Below, piece after piece: positions 26,367 through 35,800 of a DNA stretch of 45,719 nucleotides (the stretch's first letter is position 1; each line of letters opens with the position of its first letter). The stretch spans positions 1-45,719 of the IMG/VR virus record IMGVR_UViG_3300020432_000014; one strand, written 5' to 3'. This stretch comes from a virus. Lineage: Duplodnaviria > Caudoviricetes. The notes under the pieces are model-generated. The model saw nothing but the letters and a program-made list of their open reading frames with translations. It did no database searches and was not told the origin of the DNA. Made by a program: the position numbers and the translations under genes.

Positions 26367-27902
26367 TTAGAACTCGATTACGATTTTTATATCCTCGATT
26401 TGGTCACCCGCACGAGTGATTGCTCCTCTGTTATCTATGTAGATAACTTCACCAGAGTTAGGCTCAACTTCGGGTTTTGCATAACCGTTAGTAAATGCCA
26501 TACCCAAATCATATTCTGTGTTGTTGATGATTCTAGTGCTAGAACCTGATACAATCGGGAAGTTAATATCAGGGTCAGCAGATGCACCAGATGTCGCACC
26601 TACAACAGGGTTACCACCTTCAAACTCAATTAGGTTTCCAGTGAATTCTGGGAAGACACCGTCAATTCTATTTTGATAATATTTTAACACTTTAGTTGTG
26701 TTATTCCATGATATTACACGACCACGTGCAGTCACCTGTTGACCACCAATAGTTCTAGATTGTGTAATAATTTCGTCAGTCTGGAAGTTACCTGTGAAGG
26801 TTGGTGAAAAGATAACTGCCTTTGTTGCTGATAATGTAAGGTCAGAAGTTAATTCTTCTGTGCCATACTTGTTAGGATTAATAACCAAACCAATACGACG
26901 ATAGTCGTTATCAGTTGGGAAGTCACCACTACCTTCAGCGTAGGTAAACTTGGTGTTAATCATGACACGGAATCCACCTAACTCAGTTGCAGGGTCTGCT
27001 CCATGTCCTTTTACTGGGGGTATAACAACTTCGACGCTACCGCCTGTTCCTGTACCTGCTCCAATACCATTAACCTCATCGATAATAACTTTACCGAATG
27101 TATATCCACTACCACCAGATGTCACAGTAGCAGATACAATTCTACCACCATCAACAACGAGTGATACACGACCACCAATACCATCTCCCTTAATAGGGAC
27201 GTTTTCATAAGTACCATTATTATATCCACTACCAGAGGAAGCGATAATAACAGTATCAATTTCTCCACCAATAGCATCTGCTACCACTGCTGTATCAGAC
27301 AACACTGGCATATACTCATTAGAGAAGAATTTCAACACCTGTCCAACAGGAATAGTATACATATACTTCCAACGATAACCATCAGCAGTTGTGATGATAG
27401 ATGTAGAAGTACCTGTAGGCTCAACGGTTGAAGGTTTACCGTTAGGGTCGCTAGGTGATGTACCGTTATAGATGCACTTATATACCTGATAACTTGAGTT
27501 TACAACGTAGAAATCTGCGTCATATAATTTAGTAGCACCAGAAGATGCAGTCTTTGTAGCACTATAGTCATGTCTATACATGTCATACACATAACCCAAT
27601 CCACCAGTAGTTTGCTCTGGGGGAATCCAGTCAGTCCTTCTGATAACCTGTATGGTATCATTTGCTAATACCCTCTTAAGGGATATCATGTCAGAGTAGT
27701 CGTCTGAAAACTCTTGGAATGAATCTACTGGGTCAGGTGGTGCATTCTCGTTATCCCATGACTGTGGACGACCAATGAATACGTACAAACGGTCACGGTC
27801 AGCACCAGCTAAGAGGTCGGACTGTGTTGGGTCAGGACCCTCAAGTGCACTTCTGAAACGCTCGGCAGTAAAGATTCTAAATTGGTCGGTTAATAGTGCC
27901 AT
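26367..27902 (-). CDS. g8: Baseplate wedge subunit gp8
   Basis: YVFIGRPQSW, FYVVNSSYQVYKCIYN, DGYRWKYMYTI, NDYRRIGL, SGEVIYIDNR..I.R..DQIEDIKIVIEF. Confidence 0.93.
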   Translation of the reverse strand: MALLTDQFRIFTAERFRSALEGPDPTQSDLLAGADRDRLYVFIGRPQSWDNENAPPDPVDSFQEFSDDYSDMISLKRVLANDTIQVIRRTDWIPPEQTTGGLGYVYDMYRHDYSATKTASSGATKLYDADFYVVNSSYQVYKCIYNGTSPSDPNGKPSTVEPTGTSTSIITTADGYRWKYMYTIPVGQVLKFFSNEYMPVLSDTAVVADAIGGEIDTVIIASSGSGYNNGTYENVPIKGDGIGGRVSLVVDGGRIVSATVTSGGSGYTFGKVIIDEVNGIGAGTGTGGSVEVVIPPVKGHGADPATELGGFRVMINTKFTYAEGSGDFPTDNDYRRIGLVINPNKYGTEELTSDLTLSATKAVIFSPTFTGNFQTDEIITQSRTIGGQQVTARGRVISWNNTTKVLKYYQNRIDGVFPEFTGNLIEFEGGNPVVGATSGASADPDINFPIVSGSSTRIINNTEYDLGMAFTNGYAKPEVEPNSGEVIYIDNRGAITRAGDQIEDIKIVIEF

Positions 27903-27923
27903 GTCTAGCGATTGCCTTCTTTA

Positions 27924-27931
27924 TATTTATA
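27924..27931 (-). promoter_or_regulatory. Perfect T4 late promoter TATAAATA upstream of g8
   Basis: Exact gp55 consensus in the 33-nt intergenic gap. Confidence 0.85.
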
Positions 27932-27935
27932 GGGG

Positions 27936-29780
27936 TTAGTCATCCTCATTTCTGATAAACGTTGTATATTCAACAGAAATGATGTCGGCTTGTGCTCCTG
28001 AGGTGTTTCCTCTCAAGATTTCACCGACTGTAAACTTAAATGTTGGGTCATTATCTACAATATTTTTTACTGTTAATGTAAATTGTCCTGCTTTAGGACC
28101 TGTTACACGACTGACAGTTGTTGCAGTCAACCCTGACGATAATCCTTCTACTACTTCTGGTATGTTAAACAAGGTAGTAGTGTTATATGTAATAACGATA
28201 GTTGCGGTTGATGTATGAGTATCACCGTCTCCCAATTCACCCGCAGCTTGGATAGTTGCAGTTAGAGGTGTTGCATTACCATCATATATCTGGTCTCCAA
28301 CTTGGAATAGAGTGGTGTTTTGTCCACCTAATGTTTCCTCAATACCATATTTAGACGAGGCGATGCCACCATCTAGATTAATTTGGTTTTCATACTCAGT
28401 GCCAGTATTAACAAGGTCAATAATTCCATCACCAACACCATTCAATTCATCATCATCTTCAAACTTTCTGTTAAGAATTAGACTTAAAGGATTAGTAAAT
28501 GCAACAATATCATTACCTTCAAACTCTATCAATACGTGTGGAGCAACACCAGTGCCACTAGACCCAGATGTGCCTCCTACAAATGCTATGATTTGAGACT
28601 TCTCACCAGACCTACCACCATCGATAAATGCTAATTCATCAACTTGGAATGTTAGATATAATGCTCTTTGAGTTGGGTCCCAATCATATACAATAGCAAC
28701 TCGGTTGTTAGATGATTCAACGACACGTCTTACTTTGTCAGTAACAGAGAATTGATACTGTGTAAGACCTGTATTAACATCATCTTGTAAACTATCCAAT
28801 ATAACCTTCTGGTCAAAACGAAAATTTACACCTCTGTCACATCCAGTGAAAGATGTTGGTGTCTTACCAGTATATCTAACAACCTCTCTTCCAATCAAAA
28901 ACTTACCTGATCCTGGATAGGGGTCAGTGGTTTCTATATTGACAACTGTGTCATTAGAATCAACATCTGTAAGTATACCAGACAGATTGTATAGGACACT
29001 GTTTAATGATTGACGATTTCTTGCAGTACGGATCAGGTCAGTATCTCTTGTAAAGATAACGCTTGGTGTTCCTTGATATCCGCCACCTCCCGATATAAGG
29101 TCGATGTTTGTGATGACACCTAAGTCAATAAATGCCTCAGCAGATGCACCACTACCTCCACCACCTATGATTTGTATGAGTGGTGGTGTCTCAAAGAATT
29201 CTCCTGCATTGGTCAAAGATATAGAAGATACCTCACCAAACTGGTTTACAGAAGCAACACCAGTTGCACCCTGTCCACCTCCACCAGAAATAATAATATT
29301 TACATCCTCTTCGGTATAGTTTCTACCTTGCTGTTGAATTGATAGACCTGTTAGTAGTCCTGTAATAGGGACTAATTCAGCACCACTACCTCCACCACCT
29401 TCTATAACTGCAGTAGCATCAAAGTAGTTATCACCAAATCCAGTCATCTGGATAAAGTCTATACCACCATCATCTTTTAAAAATACATTACCAGTAGCAT
29501 GACCATTAGATTCATCATCTTCAATTTTTAAACGTAAAGGGTCATAACCCTCACCTGGGTCTAATACCTCTACTGCTATAATTTCTCCTGCAACTCCTGC
29601 TATAACTGGTCTTAACACTGCCTCTCTAATAGGTGTGCCACAGTTTCCTATACGGAGTCTAGGAGGGTCGTTTGCATCGTATCCACTTCCACTGGCAGTA
29701 ACGTACACCTCTCTAACACCGTAGACGCTGTTAAACATCGGGACGATTTGTGCACCAGAACCAGGAACTGTACGGGTCAT
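27936..29780 (-). CDS. Baseplate-associated structural protein, 614 aa, with Gly-rich I-x-V-x3-G-x-GY...GGGG-x-GA repeats
   Basis: Repeat type shared with gp8 and the gp7-like protein; located in the baseplate cluster. Confidence 0.8.
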   Translation of the reverse strand: MTRTVPGSGAQIVPMFNSVYGVREVYVTASGSGYDANDPPRLRIGNCGTPIREAVLRPVIAGVAGEIIAVEVLDPGEGYDPLRLKIEDDESNGHATGNVFLKDDGGIDFIQMTGFGDNYFDATAVIEGGGGSGAELVPITGLLTGLSIQQQGRNYTEEDVNIIISGGGGQGATGVASVNQFGEVSSISLTNAGEFFETPPLIQIIGGGGSGASAEAFIDLGVITNIDLISGGGGYQGTPSVIFTRDTDLIRTARNRQSLNSVLYNLSGILTDVDSNDTVVNIETTDPYPGSGKFLIGREVVRYTGKTPTSFTGCDRGVNFRFDQKVILDSLQDDVNTGLTQYQFSVTDKVRRVVESSNNRVAIVYDWDPTQRALYLTFQVDELAFIDGGRSGEKSQIIAFVGGTSGSSGTGVAPHVLIEFEGNDIVAFTNPLSLILNRKFEDDDELNGVGDGIIDLVNTGTEYENQINLDGGIASSKYGIEETLGGQNTTLFQVGDQIYDGNATPLTATIQAAGELGDGDTHTSTATIVITYNTTTLFNIPEVVEGLSSGLTATTVSRVTGPKAGQFTLTVKNIVDNDPTFKFTVGEILRGNTSGAQADIISVEYTTFIRNEDD

Positions 29781-31270
29781 ACGATTACTAAGTCACCTAT
29801 CATTGCTGCGTGTGATGGAATACCACATTGGTATTTGTAAGTTGTGCCTGCTGCTAATGACATAGGCACAGTGTAATACTGGACTCCTTCGTCATTACCA
29901 CTCACACCATCAGTAACAGCAGCTCCTCCTGCTGATACTCTGAGTTTAAATGGGTGTGATGCACCTGTATTATTATTAAATCTATAAGTAAATCCTCTAT
30001 ACAGATATAGAGTTGGATTGTCAGTTGTTGCTCCAACACCTGGCCCATCAAAACGATATGCTGAAGAACCATTTGCACCGATATTCCATCCTAATCCTGC
30101 TGATGCAACAGACTCTAAACCATCATTACCAAAAATAAGAAACTTATTTTCTGCTGCTGAGAATCCACTTTGCATGTATAACTCAGCATTCATTGTCAAT
30201 GTGTTAGATGCAACAGCAGATGTTAATCCAGTGCCACCAGCTATAGTTACAGTGCTATCACTAGCATTTGCAGTATATGACCCAGTATCACCCGCTATAC
30301 CTTGTAATACGTTTTGGACAACATTGGGTGAGGAGTTTGTAATTGTTAAATTGTCTCCTGCAACATCTGTTGATATACCTGTGCCACCTACAAAATTAAC
30401 TGTAGTAGATGTGCTACTTGCAGTCTTACTATTATTATCTGTCCCGAAAACAGTAAACACGTTTTGGTCAGGAGCACCTAAAGCTCCTGTCATAGCGATG
30501 GTAACTGTGTCACCAGCTATTGAGGTAGAGATGTTTGAGCCACCCGCAATAGTTAAAGTATCAGTTGCAGCAGATGCTGTAGTTGAGCCACTATCTGCAC
30601 TTATAGTTTCAAATAAATTCTGTGTAGTCCCTCCACCACCGCCTGTGGCAGTCTCGTCGTTAGCAGGATACCAGTAACTGTTAGTGCCATCCCATTTCAA
30701 TACTTGTCCATCAGATGCACCACCACCTACAGTCAAATCTACATCACTTAGGTCACCAATACTATGGTCTTCACCTATAAGTTTTTTCCATCCGCCTGCT
30801 GTTGCAACTCTTGCTGTAGTGTCACCAGAGACATATGCAAACATACCATGATGTGCAACATTCTCAGGTAAATCTCCTGTTGCAGCAAAATGATTACTAT
30901 ATTTTAGTTTACCATCAGCACCATCAATATATGTTAATGCAGCACCTGTGCCACCAGCCCAGAATTTAATATCTCCTGTGCCATTTGGCATTACAGTTAT
31001 ATCACCATTAGCAGATGATATAATTTTATTTCCTGCTACATCAAGGTCTGCTGTTAAAGAATCTAAAGCACCCTCAGCAAACTGAGACCCATTCCATTTT
31101 AGAAATTGTCCAGTGCTAGGAGACCCGACGTTTATTTGTAAATTAGTGTCATTACCAAGATTGGTATATAACTCATCGATGACTGAATTTAATTTTATAG
31201 CTCCATCTCGCAGGCTGTCACCTGTGCCATCATTCGCAGAAGAGCCTATGTTAAGATTTTGCTTTGCCAT
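29777..31270 (-). CDS. gp9/gp10-like baseplate/fibre connector with a C-terminal cupredoxin-like domain, 497 aa
   Basis: N-terminus KQNLNIGSSANDGTGDSLRDGAIKLN...ELY is the T4 gp9/gp10 N-terminal motif; three QN.F..I..D.G...A repeats; C-terminal HPF...YKYQCGIPSHAAM. Confidence 0.8.
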   Translation of the reverse strand: MAKQNLNIGSSANDGTGDSLRDGAIKLNSVIDELYTNLGNDTNLQINVGSPSTGQFLKWNGSQFAEGALDSLTADLDVAGNKIISSANGDITVMPNGTGDIKFWAGGTGAALTYIDGADGKLKYSNHFAATGDLPENVAHHGMFAYVSGDTTARVATAGGWKKLIGEDHSIGDLSDVDLTVGGGASDGQVLKWDGTNSYWYPANDETATGGGGGTTQNLFETISADSGSTTASAATDTLTIAGGSNISTSIAGDTVTIAMTGALGAPDQNVFTVFGTDNNSKTASSTSTTVNFVGGTGISTDVAGDNLTITNSSPNVVQNVLQGIAGDTGSYTANASDSTVTIAGGTGLTSAVASNTLTMNAELYMQSGFSAAENKFLIFGNDGLESVASAGLGWNIGANGSSAYRFDGPGVGATTDNPTLYLYRGFTYRFNNNTGASHPFKLRVSAGGAAVTDGVSGNDEGVQYYTVPMSLAAGTTYKYQCGIPSHAAMIGDLVIV

Positions 31271-31292
31271 TTTCGGTAGTTTTCTACAAGTT

Positions 31293-31300
31293 TATTTATG
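31293..31300 (-). promoter_or_regulatory. Late promoter CATAAATA overlapping the upstream stop codon
   Basis: NATAAATA 22 nt before ATG 31270. Confidence 0.6.
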
Positions 31301-32885
31301 TGCCATCAAAGGACTGTGCAGTAGAGTCGAAACTACTTGATGTAGAATCAAATCTATTCTGTAAATCTCCACCTCCACCAGAACCAGATACAGTTAGATT
31401 TGCCTGATTTGAATCTAGAGGAGAGTTTTGAGCATTGTTAGCAGGTACAGGTCCGATGATACGACAACGATACTTATACCCTGTCATATATGCTAAAGCA
31501 GTAACACTATATGACGCTGATGTTGCACCTGTGATAGCAGCAAATGCAAATCCACCATCAGTTGACCTATACCACTGATAAGAGATAGGTCCGTTTTCTG
31601 GTATGATAAGTGCATTGACTGTAAATGTCGCAGTTTCACCCGCATTGACTGTTGCACTTTGAGGTTGTAATGTAAACTGCAACGTTGGAGGAGTAGGTGC
31701 ATCTCCACCACCATCTCCACCACCCTGATCCTGTTGCACAGGAGATACAGTGTATGAGGTGTCTATAGTTTCTCTTGTTGTCAACCCAATCATATAAGGA
31801 AACTCTGCTTCACTCTGGTCATCAACAGATAAGAAATAAGCATAAGTGCCATTAGGATATTCTGGTGTTACACAGAATCTACCATTATGATAATCAAGGT
31901 CACCTGTGCCTTCTACATATTCCCAGTCTTCTATCAATGCACCAGCTGGAGGATTCTCTGCTGTGCTACCATAATCAGGTCTTCCTGCAACTTCTGTATC
32001 TCTAGCAGAATATGAGCTAGACATGGTAGAAGTGCCAGAAAGACTATCCCAAGGTTGTGTATATCCAAACGGACCGTAAACAGGAAATCCATCAAATGAT
32101 ATACCAACCATCTTAGAATGACCATCAGGATGTCTAATATTATCACCGTTATACTGAGTAGACCCATAGTAATCATTGTATGATGCTATTGAAGACCCTG
32201 CTCTCCAACAATCTAAAAAATGTGTATCATGATAATGATATTGACCAGACTGCTCTGGATGTCCACCACATGAATCTGCACCGAAACTTATAGGTAGATT
32301 AGGGAAATGAGCATTCCAACTAAAGTTTGTAGGAGGGTTACCACCAGTGCCTGCACTAGGGTTGAATAGTGCAACACCATTTGCAGCGATTGCTATAGTG
32401 CCCAGTGGTGTAGGAAATCTACCGTTTCTCTGGTCATAGTATTCGTATGTGCCAGTTACAGGTGTATTTGCTTGGTCATTTACAATTAAATCTAATCTAT
32501 CATCTGCTGCTAACCAACATTCTCCTGCAATAGATGTAAACGTTGTGCCTCTAAAAATATAAACTAATTTATAATCATCAAATGCAAATAAAATTCTATC
32601 TCCTACTCGAATGTTTGCATTTGCTCCTGTAAACAATGCAATATCATTAATGGATAAAGTTATAGACCTGATAAATCCGTCATGGGTATACTGATTAGAA
32701 TCAAAAACTCTACTAATACCAAATGTTCCTCCACGGTATAGGAAGTCATGGTCAAAATCCTGCTCTGTGACTGTGTTTGGGTTATTTTCATTAGGAAAAG
32801 TACCGTAAGATACAGGTCTTGGTAGACCATCAGATGCTACGGTTACAATCTTCGTTGCGTTATTAAATGATGCGGTTGCTGCCAT
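31296..32885 (-). CDS. YHYH-domain protein with a C-terminal Ig-like domain, 529 aa
   Basis: IAANGVALFNP, DSCGGHP...YHYH, HSKMVG...DGFPVYGP, DLD.HNGR..VTPEYP.GTYAYF. Ig-like part: QPQSATVNAGETATFTV...YQWY...Y.C. Confidence 0.88.
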   Translation of the reverse strand: MAATASFNNATKIVTVASDGLPRPVSYGTFPNENNPNTVTEQDFDHDFLYRGGTFGISRVFDSNQYTHDGFIRSITLSINDIALFTGANANIRVGDRILFAFDDYKLVYIFRGTTFTSIAGECWLAADDRLDLIVNDQANTPVTGTYEYYDQRNGRFPTPLGTIAIAANGVALFNPSAGTGGNPPTNFSWNAHFPNLPISFGADSCGGHPEQSGQYHYHDTHFLDCWRAGSSIASYNDYYGSTQYNGDNIRHPDGHSKMVGISFDGFPVYGPFGYTQPWDSLSGTSTMSSSYSARDTEVAGRPDYGSTAENPPAGALIEDWEYVEGTGDLDYHNGRFCVTPEYPNGTYAYFLSVDDQSEAEFPYMIGLTTRETIDTSYTVSPVQQDQGGGDGGGDAPTPPTLQFTLQPQSATVNAGETATFTVNALIIPENGPISYQWYRSTDGGFAFAAITGATSASYSVTALAYMTGYKYRCRIIGPVPANNAQNSPLDSNQANLTVSGSGGGGDLQNRFDSTSSSFDSTAQSFDGT

Positions 32886-32890
32886 GAGAT

Positions 32891-32897
32891 TATTTAG
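32891..32897 (-). promoter_or_regulatory. Possible late promoter CTAAATA overlapping the gp7 stop
   Basis: Only 5 nt before ATG 32885, so a transcript from it would be near-leaderless. Confidence 0.35.
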
Positions 32898-35800
32898 ATG
32901 TCATCGAAGATTTGGTCAGGTGTGAATCCTGTAATTACAGTTGCACCTGTTTGGACAGATAATATAGCAGATAGTGAGTAAACAGGAGTTGCACCCGCAG
33001 CAGTTATTGCTACACGATACTCATCACTATCATCAGCTTGTGTAGTTGGATTAGTAAAGTATGTTGCTTGGTTAGCACCAATAATGTTACTCCAAGTTTG
33101 TGTGCCATACTCTTTCTTCTGCCACTGATAATTCATTGCTTGACTGTTGGTTACAGTCGAAACAACTGTGAATGATGCAGTCTGACCTTGGTTAACAGTC
33201 ACGTTAACTGGGTCTTGAGTGATAGCGATTGTACCAGGTGTGATAGTTGTGCCACCAGTGTATTCACTACCCTCACCCGCGAGGACGTCAAATCCACCAT
33301 TGACAGGTGTGCCAGTAGGTTCTACGAAATCATCTGGGACTTCTGTCTCAACTAAAACTGAAGGCATAGCGTATCCAACACCAGCTGTCTTAACATCAAT
33401 TCTTGTAATACCAGTCAATGCCTTAATATTTGCATCAAATCCAGAAGATGATATAACGTCAACGTTAGGACGTGAAGTGTAACCGTCACCTGGGTTTGTG
33501 AGGATTGCGTTAGTTACTTGACCACGTGTGATAGTAGCAAGTGCTTGTGCATTTCTACCTTTAACTGAGCCTGTATATTCAAATGTAATCAAGGAGTTTG
33601 AAGACTCAATTAGAGCAACTTCACGATTAAATTCTTCACCCTCAATGAAGAGTTGGTCACCAGATTCTATTGGTGGGACAACAGTTGCTGCGATAACGTC
33701 AGCATCACTACCAATGTATGAGAATCCAACAAATGTGCTTCCTGCGCGAGGAGTCTCAGCGAAGATTATTCTACTACCAACCAATTCATATGCTGTACCT
33801 GGCTCTTGGATAATACCATTCAGTGAGACAATAATGTTGTTTTCTGGAAGTATAGTGTTAGAAGAAACACCTTCAGTCAATGTCAAGGAGTAGAATAGTC
33901 CACCACGCTTGAGGTTGAATGAAGACCTTAATGAATCAAACTCAAATGATATATCATCTAACTGTCTTAACTTACCAACGTAGTATCCAATAAATTCACT
34001 GCCAATGTCAGGTGGCTCGTTAAATTGTATCTTATCAGAGAATGCAACATAACTTGCGTTACCACCTGGGGGTTGTAGCACACCATTAACAAATATTAAT
34101 AGATGTCCTGCAGGGTCTGGGAAGTATGCTTCACCATTATTGATAGTAAGGTCAAATGTGCTTTGTGCTCCATCAAATCCTCTAAAGTATCTGTCAACTC
34201 TACCCTCAAGTGTGCGAGCAGATGATACTGCACCACCCCAACCATAGTCAGATTTAACAGTCATATTATCAGCAAATACACCTTGTGCATTTTCTACCCA
34301 TATAGTCGCTGTAATACCAGTCTGCTCAATAGCAACAACTTTACCATATACAGAAGATTGTGTATTTGTGTAACCTATAACGTTAGCATAGATTGTTGGG
34401 AAGTTACTTCCTATCTCAATCTTACCAATATTATTTGTAGAATTACCAACTTCTGATATATCAGCACCAGCTCCAACTGGGACTAGATTACCAATCCAAA
34501 GTTTGTGGACTCCATAATTAGGGTCATTAGTATCAACAATGTTTAGACCATTGATATACTTGGTAACTGTTGCTGTCCAACCTGGGTTTTTCTGAGTTGT
34601 GCCTTGTAGTAAAGTAATCTCATCACCAACGTTGAAGGTATCGCTAACACCAGTATCTGTAATTGCAACGCCTAGAGTTAATTCATAGATGTTTGTGCCA
34701 TGAATATACTGGTTAAGTTGAATTTGTGTGCCAGATATACCCTTAACATCGAGGATGTAATCTGTGACACTACCATATACAACATCACCTGTTGACCATT
34801 CATTTTCAATAGTTTCAACATCAATAGTAATACGTCCACCGTCTGTATCTGTCAAACTACCAGACTTATTGGTGTATGTTGAGAATAATACTTCAGCAGC
34901 GTTGTCTTTGTTGAATACGTAATCACCAGATTGGAAACTACCAGATTCAACGTTAATTAACATCCTATCACTCAAGTCTGCTGTAACAGTACCTGTAGCA
35001 CCAGATTCAACACCCTCCAATACATCACCCGCACTTATAGTGCCTGCTACATTTATAAGTTTTACAAATCCATTTAGGTCTCCATCCTTAGTTACAGTTT
35101 GAATTACCTTACCTGTGTTAGATGTAGCACCTTGCACCACTACATCCTCACCATTAACGAAGTTAGCAACAATACCTGATAATCCATAGTATTTCATTAA
35201 TACTCTGATGTTTGCTTCGTTAGCAAATACTGTGCCAATTTCAGATGTAGCATCTGATGTAGAACCGTAGATAACATCAGCAGGATTAAATCCACCCTGT
35301 ATTGGTGTCTCTGATGGGTCAGATGGATATACAGGAGCAGTCCTTGTAATACCAGACCTTCTAACAACAGAGAATATTTGTGATCCTGAGTTATTAGTGT
35401 CGACAAATACTTCTCTAAATCTACCATCATGTATGTAATGTGCACCAACTTCAAACCACTGTGCAGTTGCAGTCATAACATACCAGTAAGGTTGGTTAGT
35501 AAATGCAGTAACAGAAGTCTGAGATGCAGGGATATAAGTTAGAATATCACCACGACGGAATTGGTTTCCACGATTAATCCTGACTCTGTATTCTGCACGG
35601 TCAAATCCAACATCAACTGTAGGTGTAAGCACAACAAGAGCAGGGTCTGTGTTGTAGTCAATACCCATCTGATATGTCTTACCAAGATTCTCTGCGTCTG
35701 TGCTAGGTATCCATGTGACAGATGCCTCAGTTGGGAATTTAGATAATTCTAGAGCAAACTCGATTGGGTTGAGAGATGAGTCCATAATAAACTCAGCTGC

